Below are positions 1-10,483 of a stretch of DNA of 64,000 bases, piece after piece. The notes beneath the pieces are model-generated. The model saw only the letters and a program-made list of their open reading frames with translations, ran no database searches and had not been told where the DNA came from. The position numbers and the translations under genes are program-made. Positions within the stretch are counted from its first letter, which is position 1, and each line of letters begins with the position of its first letter. Location of the stretch: assembly GCA_035539855.1 (NCBI GenBank), contig DATLHO010000169.1, positions 23,883 to 87,882 of the forward strand. The letters are read 5' to 3'. Source of the stretch: Candidatus Kapaibacterium sp. Lineage in GTDB: Bacteria; Bacteroidota; Ignavibacteria; OLB7.

Positions 1-143
1 GTCAGTACATCAACCCGCACCTTGCCTCGCTCGGCGCAAGCGAGATTCCGCGGGAAGACTACGAGCGACGACTGCGCGCCGCCTCCGCGTTGGCCGTCAC
101 GTTCGGAACACTCGATCAATCGCTTCTGACCGCCGCCGAGTGA
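1..143 (+). CDS. 3' end of an upstream gene, unknown product (partial, runs off window start)
   Basis: Open frame from position 3 (…QYINPHLASLGASEIPREDYERRLRAASALAVTFGTLDQSLLTAAE) ending at TGA 141-143. No recognisable motif. Confidence 0.35.
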   Translation, partial: QYINPHLASLGASEIPREDYERRLRAASALAVTFGTLDQSLLTAAE

Positions 144-260
144 TCGGCGTCCGCCCCTCGTCGTTATCGCGAGCAGGGAAATATTCGCGCTCGTGGGTTC
201 GTCCTCAAGAGAACATTGCGCTCACCATCTTCTGCCGGCTCTCCTCCGACCGACCAACGT

Positions 261-1604
261 ATGCGTGACTGGGAAGGAACGATCGTCGCCCGCAGCACAC
301 CGCTCGGACACGGAGCCGTCGGCATCGTGCGACTCAGCGGACGTGACGCGGTGACCATCGCCGACCGCTTCGTCCGCGTCGGCTCGGGTTCTTCGCTCGC
401 TGATCTTCCGGCGCGCTACCTGGGCGGCGCGGTCATCGAGCGAGACGGCGCGGCGTGGGATCGCTGCCTCGTCGTTCGCTTCGAGGGGCCGCGCTCGTTC
501 ACGGGAGAGGATGTGGTCGAGCTCCACGTTCACGGCAACCCGCTGATCGTCGACGGTGTCGTGGACCTCGCCGTCTCCTTGGGCGCGCGTCGCGCGACGT
601 CCGGTGAGTTCACGATGCGAGCGGTGCTCAACGGGAAGCTCGACCTGCTCCAGGCCGAAGCGGTCGGCGAAGCGATCACCGCCGAGTCCGAGGTCGCCAT
701 TCGCATCGCGCAGCGACAGCTCGGCGGGGAGCTCTCGCGCGCCGTCGCCGAGCTTCGCCGGAGGGTCATCGACGCGATCGCCCGACTCGAGCTCGAGCTC
801 GACTTCGCCGAGGAGGGATACTCGTTCGTCGCGGGCGACGAGCTCCGCGCGTTGGTCGGCGATCTACGACGTCAGATCGAGTCGCTCCTGCGAAGTTTTC
901 GCGGTGGAGAGCGTCTACGAACCGGTCCACGGGTGATCCTGCTCGGACGCCCAAATGCTGGCAAATCGAGCTTCTTCAATTCTGTGCTTGGATATTCCCG
1001 CGCACTGGTCTCCGATGTCGCCGGAACCACTCGCGACTACCTCGAGGAACGTGTCGTGCACGGCGGACTGGTGATACACCTCGTCGACACTGCCGGTCTA
1101 CGCTCGACGGAGGATCTGCTGGAGGCGGAGGGAGTCCGGAGGTCGTGGCGATTGATCGGCGAGTCCGATCTCGCGCTGTACCTGGTCGACGCTTCGGATG
1201 CCGAGGCGGTGGAAGCGAGCGGCCGCGAGCTCGCGGCGTTTGAAGAAGCGTACCCGGATGTTCGCATCGAGCGGGTCTGGTCGAAGGTTGACCGGGTGTC
1301 GGCGCCACCGTCTGGTCTGCGCTGTTCACTCGTGGATCCGGCGTCGGTCGATGCGATTCTGGACCGGATCGCCACACTCTGTGCACGGACTCAGACTGGG
1401 GATGCGGCGCTCGTCTCTCAACGGCAGGCTTCGATTCTCAAGGAAATGGAATCGATTCTTGCCGACGTTCAGCTCGAAGGAGGCGCTGAGTTACTCTCGG
1501 CGGACCTGCGGAGACTCCTCGAGCCGCTCGGCGCACTTTCCGGTGACGTGTCCAACGAGGACGTCCTCGACGCCGTTTTTGGGAATTTCTGCATCGGTAA
1601 GTAG
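261..1604 (+). CDS. mnmE: tRNA uridine-5-carboxymethylaminomethyl modification GTPase MnmE (TrmE)
   Basis: ORF 216-1604. Conserved N-terminus MRDWEGTIVARSTPLGHGAVGIVRLSG begins at 261. G1 P-loop GRPNAGKSSFFNSVLG, G3 DTAG, and the hallmark C-terminal CIGK tetrapeptide. Confidence 0.9.
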   Translation: MRDWEGTIVARSTPLGHGAVGIVRLSGRDAVTIADRFVRVGSGSSLADLPARYLGGAVIERDGAAWDRCLVVRFEGPRSFTGEDVVELHVHGNPLIVDGVVDLAVSLGARRATSGEFTMRAVLNGKLDLLQAEAVGEAITAESEVAIRIAQRQLGGELSRAVAELRRRVIDAIARLELELDFAEEGYSFVAGDELRALVGDLRRQIESLLRSFRGGERLRTGPRVILLGRPNAGKSSFFNSVLGYSRALVSDVAGTTRDYLEERVVHGGLVIHLVDTAGLRSTEDLLEAEGVRRSWRLIGESDLALYLVDASDAEAVEASGRELAAFEEAYPDVRIERVWSKVDRVSAPPSGLRCSLVDPASVDAILDRIATLCARTQTGDAALVSQRQASILKEMESILADVQLEGGAELLSADLRRLLEPLGALSGDVSNEDVLDAVFGNFCIGK

Positions 1605-1619
1605 TTCCACGTGAAACGT
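1602..1619. promoter_or_regulatory. Conserved 18-nt motif TAGTTCCACGTGAAACGT (imperfect palindrome around CACGTG) immediately after the mnmE stop
   Basis: Identical 18-mer recurs at 3484-3501 after the mnmG stop. CACGTG core with GTTc/aAAC flanks. About 26 nt upstream of the mnmG start. Confidence 0.4.
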
Positions 1620-1644
1620 ATCCCCAATACCCGAACGCCTGAAC

Positions 1645-3486
1645 GTGTCTGATTACGACGTCATCGTCATTGGCGGAGGCCACGCCGGCATCGAGGCCGC
1701 ATCCGCAGCAGCGCGGATGGGCTGTCGTACCGCCTTGATCACGATGGACCGCAGTGCCATCGGCAGGCTCTCGTGCAATCCCGCCATCGGCGGTATGGCG
1801 AAGGGTCAGCTCGTGCGCGAGATCGACGCGCTCGGTGGTGTCATGGGGAAACTGGCCGACGAAGCCGGAATCCAGTTCAAGATGCTTGGCCGATCGAAGG
1901 GTCCCGCCATGTGGTCACCCCGCGCCCAGATGGATAAGGACCTCTACCCACTTGCCGCCCAGGCACACCTCGCCTCGATCGAGAATCTCGACATCATAGA
2001 ATCCACGATCTCCGACATCAGGATCGCCTCGGGACGCGTCAGCGGCGTCCACCTGACGGACGGCCGTTCACTTTCGACGCGGGCCGCCGTTCTCTGTGCT
2101 GGTACGTTTCTCTGCGGCACGATGTACGCGGGCGAGCAGTCGACGCCGGGCGGCCGCCTTGGCGAAGACTCCGCCGGCCAGCTCAGTGGGTTGCTCCGAC
2201 AGGTCGGCTTCGAAACAGGCCGACTCAAGACCGGAACGCCTCCCAGAATCGCGGCGGATTCGATTCGATATGAGAGCACGGAATGCGATGGTGGCGACGA
2301 CGATCCGCGCCCCTTCTCGTGGTCCACGCCCTCTGTCGCGAACCGCATCGAATGCTTCATCACCCGCACCAATGAAGCGGCGCACGCGATCCTGAGGACC
2401 GGATTCGACCGCTCTCCGATGTTTACCGGCCGCATCGCCGGTACGGGACCGCGGTACTGCCCCTCTATCGAGGACAAGATTCACCGGTTTGCGGACAAGG
2501 AATCCCACCAACTCTTCCTCGAGCCCGAGGGACTGACGACGGATTCTGTCTACGTGAACGGCTTCTCGACATCACTGCCCAGAGAGATTCAGGAAGCCGG
2601 ACTCCGGAGCGTTCCGGGACTCGAACATGCACGGATTCTCAAGTACGGCTACGCCGTCGAGTACGACTATTTTCCTCCGTATCAGCTAAAACGGACGCTC
2701 GAGAGCAAGCGGGTCGAGGGACTCTATTTCGCTGGCCAGGTCAACGGAACGTCCGGATACGAGGAGGCGGCCGCCCAGGGCTTCATCGCCGGCGTCAATG
2801 CCGCCCTCGGTCTGCGTGGCGAGAGCCCGTTCATCCTCGGTCGTTCCGAGGCCTACATCGGCGTCCTGATCGATGACCTCGTGACGCTGAGCACCGACGA
2901 GCCGTACAGAATGTTCACCTCCCGAGCCGAGTATCGGCTCCTCCTCAGAACGGACAATGCGGACCTCCGGCTCACCGAGCATGGCGCCCGGATCGGACTT
3001 ATCGGAGCGGACCAGCTTGGGCGAGTCCGAGTCAAGGAGACACAAAGTCGGCTGGCCGAGGAGTCGCTTCGCCAAACCCGGATCCGTCCCAGTGAGATCG
3101 GCATCAATGGTGATACCCCGGTCGACCTGTGGTCCGTTTTCCGACGGCCGGATGTGTCTCCCGCCGCGATCGTGGAGTCGCTGCGAGACAGGCAGGAGCA
3201 TACCGCACTCGTCACACAATTGACTCCTCCCGAGATTCTCGAGCAGGTCGAGATCTCCGCGCGATACGAAGGGTACATCGACCGGCAGCGGGAGGAGGTC
3301 GCGCGGCTCGAAAGCTCGGGCGATCACGCGATTCCTGCCGGCATCGACTACTCGGTGATTCGTTCCCTTTCCTCAGAAGCCCGGGAAAAACTGGAGCGAT
3401 TCAGGCCGGAGACCATCGGTCAGGCCGCTCGCATCAGTGGTGTTTCCAGAAGCGATATTGCGGTCCTGCTGCTCTATATTCGCTAG
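1645..3486 (+). CDS. mnmG: tRNA uridine 5-carboxymethylaminomethyl modification enzyme MnmG (GidA), FAD-dependent
   Basis: N-terminal FAD-binding [19 protein letters not shown]. 613 aa, GidA family throughout. Directly downstream of mnmE. Confidence 0.95.
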   Translation: MSDYDVIVIGGGHAGIEAASAAARMGCRTALITMDRSAIGRLSCNPAIGGMAKGQLVREIDALGGVMGKLADEAGIQFKMLGRSKGPAMWSPRAQMDKDLYPLAAQAHLASIENLDIIESTISDIRIASGRVSGVHLTDGRSLSTRAAVLCAGTFLCGTMYAGEQSTPGGRLGEDSAGQLSGLLRQVGFETGRLKTGTPPRIAADSIRYESTECDGGDDDPRPFSWSTPSVANRIECFITRTNEAAHAILRTGFDRSPMFTGRIAGTGPRYCPSIEDKIHRFADKESHQLFLEPEGLTTDSVYVNGFSTSLPREIQEAGLRSVPGLEHARILKYGYAVEYDYFPPYQLKRTLESKRVEGLYFAGQVNGTSGYEEAAAQGFIAGVNAALGLRGESPFILGRSEAYIGVLIDDLVTLSTDEPYRMFTSRAEYRLLLRTDNADLRLTEHGARIGLIGADQLGRVRVKETQSRLAEESLRQTRIRPSEIGINGDTPVDLWSVFRRPDVSPAAIVESLRDRQEHTALVTQLTPPEILEQVEISARYEGYIDRQREEVARLESSGDHAIPAGIDYSVIRSLSSEAREKLERFRPETIGQAARISGVSRSDIAVLLLYIR

Positions 3487-3501
3487 TTCCACGTGAAACG
3501 T
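3484..3501. promoter_or_regulatory. Second copy of TAGTTCCACGTGAAACGT motif, after the mnmG stop
   Basis: Exact repeat of 1602-1619. 18 nt upstream of the next gene start at 3519. Confidence 0.4.
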
Positions 3502-3518
3502 CGGCGGAATCCAGGCAC

Positions 3519-4418
3519 ATGAACGTGATGATTGTCGGTGGCGCGGGACTGCTTGGTCAGAAGTTGATCGAGGTTTTTCGACGAGAAACCTCGTTTCGTG
3601 TGACCTCCGTCATCCGAAGCGGCATCGCTGACGCCACCGGCGCCCATTACTTCGACACGAACTCCCGAAGCGCCTGGAAGGAAATAACCCTGCAGGAGCG
3701 CTGGCGGCCGGAGTTCATCATCAATGTCGCGGACGCCTCCGATCGCAACGCGCCGCTCCCCAGTCGCGAGCAGATCTGGCGATCGGGCGTCACCCTCGTC
3801 GAGCTCCTTGCCGACGTCTGTCGCCGGATCGACGCGCACCTGATCCAGACGTCCTGCGACTCGATCTTCGACGGTCAGAGCGGACCGTACCATGAGGAGC
3901 ACAAGCCGCAGCCGGGCAGCTATCTCGGCAAGGCCAAGCTTGCCGCCGAGAACATCTGCCGCCAGACGGGCATCCGGCATCTGATTCTCCGCACCATGTG
4001 GCTCTACGGCAGCGCTGAAGGACGCACCCCAACGTTGGTGGATACCGTCGAGCGCGCCCTCGAGACCGGCGCCCCCGTCATCGCCTCCGACGCGGTCACC
4101 GGCACGCCGACGCGAACCGACGATGTCGCGTACGCGATGGTGCGGGCGGTCGAGACCGCGGCTGACGGCGTCATCCACGTCGCCGGTCCTGATCTCGTCA
4201 CGGAGGCGGAGTACGTCACAGCGATCGCCCAGGCAGCAACACGCAACCGCGGCATGCCACTGCGCATCATTACGCCCGATCCCGACCTCAATGCCTCCCG
4301 GTCCGGACTGATCTCGATTCGAACCCGGGGCCTTCTGGCAGTCCGTCCGCTCGCGCTCACAACTGGCCTCGAATCGTATTACATTCAGCGCGACCGCCGC
4401 ACCTGGCGCGTCCACTGA
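3519..4418 (+). CDS. NAD(P)-dependent sugar epimerase/reductase (RmlD/dTDP-4-dehydrorhamnose reductase-like)
   Basis: Start chosen at MNVMIVGGAGLLGQKL (Rossmann GxxGxxG). The long ORF 3129-4418 overlaps mnmG, so the internal ATG at 3519 is preferred. 300 aa, SDR-extended fold. Confidence 0.6.
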   Translation: MNVMIVGGAGLLGQKLIEVFRRETSFRVTSVIRSGIADATGAHYFDTNSRSAWKEITLQERWRPEFIINVADASDRNAPLPSREQIWRSGVTLVELLADVCRRIDAHLIQTSCDSIFDGQSGPYHEEHKPQPGSYLGKAKLAAENICRQTGIRHLILRTMWLYGSAEGRTPTLVDTVERALETGAPVIASDAVTGTPTRTDDVAYAMVRAVETAADGVIHVAGPDLVTEAEYVTAIAQAATRNRGMPLRIITPDPDLNASRSGLISIRTRGLLAVRPLALTTGLESYYIQRDRRTWRVH

Positions 4419-4443
4419 AGCACGATCCCCGCGTCTCTTCCCT

Positions 4444-5241
4444 ATGAAGATCACCGTCCTCGGAAGCGGCACTTCCTCCGGCGTCCCCACTGTCGGCTGC
4501 ACCTGTCCGACCTGTACCTCCGAAGATCCGCGCGACAACCGCCTCCGCACGTCCATCTGGATCCAGAGCCGGGGCACGAGCGTGGTCATCGACACGTCGA
4601 ACGACTTCCGGGCGCAATGCCTGCGAGCCGGCATCCGGTCGCTCGACGCGGTCGTCTACACCCATCATCACTTCGACCACATCGCGGGCTTCGACGACAT
4701 CCGCGCGTTCAACTTCATTCAGCGACAGCCGATGCAGATCTACGGCATGCCCGAGACTCTGGGCACGATCCGGAGGATCTTCGACTACGCGTTCCGCCAG
4801 TGGGGACCCCGCGAGAGCAGCGCACCGGTCGTGCAGGATCACGAGATCCTCGACGAGCCGTTCGAGATCGGGCACGTCGCGCTGCAGCCGTTGGAGCTGC
4901 GGCACGGCGGGATGCGCGTCAACGGCTATCGGGTCGGTTCCTTCGCTTACTGCACCGACTGCAACGCGATCTCCGAGCGCGGGCGAGAACTCCTGCAGGG
5001 CATCGATGTTCTCATCCTGGACGGCCTCCGCCCGACGCCGCATCCGACGCACTTCACGATCGACGAGGCCGTCGAGACAGCCCGGGAGATCGGCGCCCGG
5101 ATGACGTATCTGACGCACATCGCCCATGACCTGAAACACGAGGAGGCGAGTCGTAGTCTTCCTCCCGGAGTGGAGCTCGCCTACGACGGGCTCGAGATCG
5201 ACCTTCCGGATCCGTCGCCGTCGGAGGCGACCCCGAGATAA
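4444..5241 (+). CDS. MBL-fold metallo-hydrolase (PhnP/RNase-BN-like)
   Basis: MKITVLGSGTSSGVPTVGCTCPTC…VVYTHHHFDHIAG: HxHxDH metal-binding motif and N-terminal Cys cluster typical of PhnP-like MBL proteins. Confidence 0.8.
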   Translation: MKITVLGSGTSSGVPTVGCTCPTCTSEDPRDNRLRTSIWIQSRGTSVVIDTSNDFRAQCLRAGIRSLDAVVYTHHHFDHIAGFDDIRAFNFIQRQPMQIYGMPETLGTIRRIFDYAFRQWGPRESSAPVVQDHEILDEPFEIGHVALQPLELRHGGMRVNGYRVGSFAYCTDCNAISERGRELLQGIDVLILDGLRPTPHPTHFTIDEAVETAREIGARMTYLTHIAHDLKHEEASRSLPPGVELAYDGLEIDLPDPSPSEATPR

Positions 5242-5316
5242 CGCTTGATTCATTCGGTCCGCACGCGTAAAATTGTAGACTGACGCAGACTCCATATGGG
5301 CAGACCAGGGACCTCA

Positions 5317-5730
5317 ATGATGAAACGCCGCGCAGTACACCTCACGCTCGCCATGCTGGCCATCGTCGCCACCGCGACGGCGAGTCAAATCGTCTTCTCA
5401 TATCTCCGCGCCGTCCCGCAGAACGATGACATCGTCGTCCAGTGGCGGTCGATGAATGAAACCGGCATCCAGTACTTCGAGATCGATCGCAGCAGCGATG
5501 AGCTCCCGGAGTTCCGTCGCCTCGAGCGCGTCGTCGCGAAGGGTGGAGGCAGCACCTACAGCTTCACCGACAACGGCGCGTTCTACAAGCCGTCGACCGG
5601 CAAGCGCTTCACCTACCGTGTCCGCGCCATCGGCAACACCGCCGAGCCGTATTCCGCGACGACCACGGTCGTCCACGAAGTCTCGAGCGTCAAGCGCTCG
5701 TGGGGCATGATCAAGGAGCTCTTCCGCTAG
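5317..5730 (+). CDS. Hypothetical secreted protein
   Basis: MMKRRAVHLTLAMLAIVATATA signal-peptide-like N-terminus. No recognised domain. Alternative start at 5296. Confidence 0.5.
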   Translation: MMKRRAVHLTLAMLAIVATATASQIVFSYLRAVPQNDDIVVQWRSMNETGIQYFEIDRSSDELPEFRRLERVVAKGGGSTYSFTDNGAFYKPSTGKRFTYRVRAIGNTAEPYSATTTVVHEVSSVKRSWGMIKELFR

Positions 5731-5755
5731 CCCGAACCGCGTCCGACTTTTTCGC

Positions 5756-5790
5756 AATGCCGCTTCCAGCGAAGCGGCATTGTTGTTTCC
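5756..5790 (+). terminator. Rho-independent terminator hairpin
   Basis: aatgccgcttc-cagc-gaagcggcatt (11-bp stem) followed by tgttgtttcc, just after the 5317-5730 gene. Confidence 0.6.
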
Positions 5791-5900
5791 CGCCCCCTGC
5801 CGCCCTTCAAGTAAAAGTTTCTTCCGCCGCATCTAAGCCAACGCCGTCATTGCACATACCGCCACGGCACTTTAACTTCGTTTGAACCCTCGTCCAGAGC

Positions 5901-8735
5901 ATGCCCCTCCGCTCCCGGTCCATACCGCTCGTCCTCTTCGCGATTCTGTCAGCTTCAACCGGACTGGCTCAACCGCAGATCTCCACGTCCGACAGCGACG
6001 TCGAGCGTCTGCGCACGGCCTATGACGAGTATGCCGGCGGGAGCTTCACGCGCGCGCTTCAGATGTTCGAGGGGATCACCGACCCGCAGCGGCTTCGATC
6101 GTGGGATCCGCAGGCGCAACTGACGCGCGTCGAGCTGCTGTCGCACCTGCGGCCGCGGCACAATCCCGACCGCGATCTCGCCGCACTCGTCGACGCCTAC
6201 GCCGCCTCGCCGCACGCACCGTACGCGCACGTTCGGCGCGGCCTCGCGGCCCTGCAGCGCAATCAGCACGGACAGGCACGGCTGCACTTCGACGAAGCCG
6301 TCCGCACGTCCGCCGAGCGCGACGCCGAGCAGGTCGACGACAACGCCGCCGGCACCGCCTATTACTGGCTCGGCGTCGCGCACCTGACCGACCCTGACGG
6401 CGCGATTCACGACCAGGGAGCCGCCGCGCTGCGAACCTCCGCCGATGACTTTCCGCGAAGCCCGTTCGCCGACGACGCCCTGTTCGCCCTCGGCCAGATC
6501 GCCGAGGAGCGGGGAGAGCTCGACAGCGCGATCGGGAACTACGACCGCATCGTCAACCGCTATCCCGGCAGCGAGCTGCGGCTCGAGGCGGCGCTGCGTG
6601 CGACGCAGAGCCACCTGCGACTCGGCCGCACCGAGCCGGCGCGCGCGCTGCTTCGCACCGTCCGCGACGAGCTCGATCGGCCGTGGGCCGATGTCGAGCG
6701 ACAGAAGCTGCAGGCCGCCGAGTACCACCTGCTACATGCCGCCGCAGAAGCCCAGGCGGGCGACTTCGCCTCCGCCGAGCGCTCGTACCTGACGGTCGTC
6801 TACTCGCTCGAATCGCCATACCGCCGGCTCGCGATGCTCGGCCTCGCCGACACCTATCGCGCCGCCGGGCATCCCGACTCCGCAACCGCGATCTACACGC
6901 GGCTCGTGGGCGAAGGGCGTCGAGACCACGAGGGGATGATCGCCGAATACCAGCTCTCGACCGTCGCGCTGAAGTCGCCCTGGCCGACCGAGTCGCTCGC
7001 GTCGCTCTCGCGGATCGCGTCCGACTCGACCCATCTCCTGATGATCGACGCCCGCGTCACTCTCGCCGGCATCCAGTATCTCCGCCAGGACTTCGCCGCC
7101 GCCGAAGAGCTGCTCGCTCCCGAGCTCGCTTCGAACGCCGCGCCGGCGCTGCAGATCCGTGCCGCAATGCTGCGCGGCGCCGTACGGCTTGCCGCAGGTC
7201 GCTACCGTGAGGCCGATCGCGATCTCGCCTTCGCACTGTCGCAGGCCCGCGCGATCCCGCACGTGCTGATGCCGGAGCGCGACAGTCTGCTTCCGACCCT
7301 CGTGCTTGCCAGCTCGGTCGCGATGATCCACGCGGGACATCCCTCGGACGCCGTGCCCCAGCTCAACCGCCTTCTGCAGACGCAGCCCTCGAACGGCGCC
7401 GAGGCGATGTACTGGCTCGGCGAAGCGTACTACGCCTCCGGCGCGCTACCCGCGGCCGCGCTGACGATGGAGGATCTCATCGAGCGCTACCCGCTGTCGA
7501 GCCGCACCGAGGACGCGCTCTATGCGATCGGCTGGGCGCAGCTTCGTCAGCGAAAGCTCGATCGGGCCGAGGCGGCGTTTGCCCGGCTGGTCAAGGCGTA
7601 CCCGCTGACCGACTATGCGACCGCCGCCCACCTGCGGCGTGGTGACTGCCTCTACCTGATGCGCAAGTACGCGGCCGCGAGCGAGGCCTATCAGCTCGTC
7701 GACACCGCGCACGCGCATCCAGACTTCGTCGAGTACGCGCGCTATCAGTCGGCACTCGCTCTGTTCCACGCCGAGAAGCGCGACGAGGCCGCGGCCGCGT
7801 TCCGTGCATTCGCGCTGAGCCATCCGGACTCCGAGCTCGCCGACGACGCCATGTTCATGCACGGGCTCGTCGACTACTCCGACCGTCGCTATGCCGAGGC
7901 GGTGGCCGTATTCGAAAGTCTGGCGGCGCGCCATCCGCAGAGTCCGCTCATGCCCCGGGCGCTCGCGACCGTGGCCGGCGCGTACTACGCGCTCGGCCAG
8001 TTCGACACCTCGCTCGAACGTGCGTCGCGCGTTGCGCGAGAGCATCCGTCGAGCGCCTATCGCGCCGACGCCGAAGCGGCGGCCGTTCGCGCCGCCGACG
8101 CGATTCGAGAGCGTGATCGCCAGCTCGCACGAAGCGAGGAGAAGGCCGACCAGTCGATGCTGCGCGCCCGGGCGCTCCGCGACCGGGGCGACCTCGAGGC
8201 TGCGATCGAGGAGTACCGACAGGCCCGCGACCGCTCGGCGGACGCCGAGACGATCGCGCGCGCCGGTCTCGAGATCGGCCGCTGCCGGCTGCTCGCCGCG
8301 GACACCTCGCGTGCCCTCGACGATCTGGCCGCCGCCGCGGCGAATCGTGGAACCAACGCCGCGCGCCTTGCCACGTGGGAGATCGCCGACACCTACCGGG
8401 CTCGGCGCAACGTCGACAGCGCCGCGGCCTGGTATCGCCGGGCCGCGGATCTCGCCGACAGCACGGCGCCGCTCGCGGACCTGCGGACCGGAGAGACCTA
8501 CCTCGATGTCGCGCGCTTCGCCGACGCGCTCGAGGCCTTCAAGCGCGTCATCGATCGCCGGGGTGTGAACCAGGATATCCTCGGCGAGGCCAACCTCGGA
8601 ATCGCCAGCATCCACGCGGCGCAGGGCGATCGCCAGCGCGCTCGCGAGATGTTCCAGCGGCTGATCCGCGATCACGCGGGCGACGAGATCTCGCGCCGCG
8701 CCGAAGAGCAACTGCGCGCACTCGGCAACCTCTGA
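5901..8735 (+). CDS. Tetratricopeptide-repeat (TPR) protein with signal peptide, 944 aa
   Basis: MPLRSRSIPLVLFAILSASTGLAQ signal. Repeated A/L/Y-rich helical pairs (YYWLGVAHL, LFALGQIAEERGELDSAIGNYDRIVNRYP, MYWLGEAYYASG, etc.) typical of TPR/YbgF-like repeats. Confidence 0.8.
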   Translation: MPLRSRSIPLVLFAILSASTGLAQPQISTSDSDVERLRTAYDEYAGGSFTRALQMFEGITDPQRLRSWDPQAQLTRVELLSHLRPRHNPDRDLAALVDAYAASPHAPYAHVRRGLAALQRNQHGQARLHFDEAVRTSAERDAEQVDDNAAGTAYYWLGVAHLTDPDGAIHDQGAAALRTSADDFPRSPFADDALFALGQIAEERGELDSAIGNYDRIVNRYPGSELRLEAALRATQSHLRLGRTEPARALLRTVRDELDRPWADVERQKLQAAEYHLLHAAAEAQAGDFASAERSYLTVVYSLESPYRRLAMLGLADTYRAAGHPDSATAIYTRLVGEGRRDHEGMIAEYQLSTVALKSPWPTESLASLSRIASDSTHLLMIDARVTLAGIQYLRQDFAAAEELLAPELASNAAPALQIRAAMLRGAVRLAAGRYREADRDLAFALSQARAIPHVLMPERDSLLPTLVLASSVAMIHAGHPSDAVPQLNRLLQTQPSNGAEAMYWLGEAYYASGALPAAALTMEDLIERYPLSSRTEDALYAIGWAQLRQRKLDRAEAAFARLVKAYPLTDYATAAHLRRGDCLYLMRKYAAASEAYQLVDTAHAHPDFVEYARYQSALALFHAEKRDEAAAAFRAFALSHPDSELADDAMFMHGLVDYSDRRYAEAVAVFESLAARHPQSPLMPRALATVAGAYYALGQFDTSLERASRVAREHPSSAYRADAEAAAVRAADAIRERDRQLARSEEKADQSMLRARALRDRGDLEAAIEEYRQARDRSADAETIARAGLEIGRCRLLAADTSRALDDLAAAAANRGTNAARLATWEIADTYRARRNVDSAAAWYRRAADLADSTAPLADLRTGETYLDVARFADALEAFKRVIDRRGVNQDILGEANLGIASIHAAQGDRQRAREMFQRLIRDHAGDEISRRAEEQLRALGNL

Positions 8736-8755
8736 ACGAGCTCCCCCCTCAACCC

Positions 8756-10468
8756 ATGGCTATCCAGGGCTCCGATACTCCCATCGTCGACCGCGATCAG
8801 CGCCGCTCCCGCGCGCGCCGCTCGAGGCTCGTCGTCGCCCTCGCCGTCGTCGTCGCGCTGACGTCACCCGCACTCGCCCAGAAGCGAGGGGGGAGGAAGG
8901 GCACGGCCGTTCCGGAGAAGACCACGGCGAGCGCCATCGACAGCGCCGCGTCGATCTCGACGACCGAGGAGCCGACCGACCTGGCCTTTCGCACGCTGCG
9001 CGGCACGAGCACGTCGCCCGCGGGACGCGAGCGATCGCTGTCCGCGCCGCCGCACCTTTCCCGTCAGGAGCTCGGCATCCTCGACAGCCGGAGGCGCGCC
9101 ACCGAGCCGCTCGTCCCGCTGCGAGGCTATCCGACGACCGAACGCGCGAGCGTTCCGAACCGTCCGGGCTATGCCGACGCCAGCATCGGACTGTACACGA
9201 CAGCGCGACTCGCTGCCGGGTACTCCGGCACGAGCTGGCCGTTCGATTATCACGGCTCGCTCGGCTTCGACATGTCCAGCGGCTACGGTCGCGACAACGC
9301 TCATCGCGCGCTCAGGGCCAACGCCGGCGCCGGCTACATCATCGACGAGGGATACGGCATCTTCAGCGGTGGCCACATGGGCGCCGAGGTGAAGTACGAG
9401 GACGCCAGCTACCATCTCTTCGCGCTGCCGTCGAGCCCCGAGCGGACGACGAGCAACTGGAGCATCGGCACCAACGGCGCGAACACGTGGGGCGGCTTCA
9501 CCTACGACGCGGCAGCCCGCTATCGATCGCTCGGCATCGACGATTCGTCGGCATCGTCGCGCGAGACGTCGCTCGACGGATCGCTGCATCTCGGGACATC
9601 CTGGCAGGGCCTTGCCGTCGGAGCACAGACCGACCTGCGGCTGACCAACCTCGACGGACGCTCGATCAGCTACGGTCGCATCGAAGGGTTCGGCAGTTAC
9701 TCGAACCGCTTTCTGACCGCGCGGGCCGGCGTGCAGTTCTCCGCCGGCGCGAACAGCGACGGCTCGACGAGCGGAACGATCGCCCCGACCGGCGAGCTGC
9801 GACTGTTCCCGCTGCACGGACTGACGCTGATCGGCTCGATCACCGGCGGCCTCGCACCGACGAGCCTCGCGGCGCTCAGCCGGATCAATCCCTACATCGC
9901 CCTCGAGCCGACGATCCGCCAGCAGCGCGAGAACATCGGCTACCAGATTCACGCGCGCATCGAGCCGTCGCGCGCGTTCGCGTTGCGCGGCACCGCCGCG
10001 CGCTCGCACTACAACGACTACGCCTACTTCGACGGTCTCCTCGACGGACGCTTCGCTCCGCAGTACGGCAGCGCCATCGTCGACCGTATCATCGGCGACC
10101 TCACCTGGAGGATGGATGAGCTCAACAGCGTGCTTGCCTCCGCCGAGTTCACCGAGGGCAGGATCGACGACCGACGGCCGGTTCCGTTCACACCGAAGTG
10201 GATCGCCGACCTGCTCTATACCCGGCGCTTCGGAACGCTCCCGCTCGCGATCGATGCCGGCGCACGCTATATCGGCACGCGCCCGGCTTCGACCGGTGCC
10301 AGCCTCGACCAGGTGGTTCTCCTGAATCTCACCGGCCGCTATACGGTCGCGACGCGCTTCGACGTGATCCTCGAGCTGCGCAACCTGCTCGACCAGCGCT
10401 ATCAGCTCTGGGAGGGATACGAGGAGCGGGGATTCTTCGCCTCGGTAGGTGCCAGTGCACGTTTCTAG
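8756..10468 (+). CDS. Putative outer-membrane beta-barrel protein (TonB-dependent-receptor-like C-terminal barrel)
   Basis: Start at MAIQGSDTP… with hydrophobic LVVALAVVVALTSPALAQ signal. The longer ORF 8375-10468 overlaps the TPR gene and is rejected. Alternating amphipathic strands. C-terminus …FFASVGASARF ends in an aromatic residue as in OMP barrels. Confidence 0.55.
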   Translation: MAIQGSDTPIVDRDQRRSRARRSRLVVALAVVVALTSPALAQKRGGRKGTAVPEKTTASAIDSAASISTTEEPTDLAFRTLRGTSTSPAGRERSLSAPPHLSRQELGILDSRRRATEPLVPLRGYPTTERASVPNRPGYADASIGLYTTARLAAGYSGTSWPFDYHGSLGFDMSSGYGRDNAHRALRANAGAGYIIDEGYGIFSGGHMGAEVKYEDASYHLFALPSSPERTTSNWSIGTNGANTWGGFTYDAAARYRSLGIDDSSASSRETSLDGSLHLGTSWQGLAVGAQTDLRLTNLDGRSISYGRIEGFGSYSNRFLTARAGVQFSAGANSDGSTSGTIAPTGELRLFPLHGLTLIGSITGGLAPTSLAALSRINPYIALEPTIRQQRENIGYQIHARIEPSRAFALRGTAARSHYNDYAYFDGLLDGRFAPQYGSAIVDRIIGDLTWRMDELNSVLASAEFTEGRIDDRRPVPFTPKWIADLLYTRRFGTLPLAIDAGARYIGTRPASTGASLDQVVLLNLTGRYTVATRFDVILELRNLLDQRYQLWEGYEERGFFASVGASARF

Positions 10469-10483
10469 ATCATCCGGACACGC

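Noticed and set aside
8375-8755. N-terminal extensions of ORFs that overlap upstream genes. Examples: 8375-10468 over the TPR gene, 3129-3518 over mnmG, 31571-31972, 46758-46976, 27483-27806, 29020-29265.
   Set aside because: In each case an internal ATG or GTG sits just after the upstream stop and coincides with a signal peptide or a conserved N-terminus. The extended regions are Arg/Pro-rich translations of the other gene's frame or of intergenic DNA.
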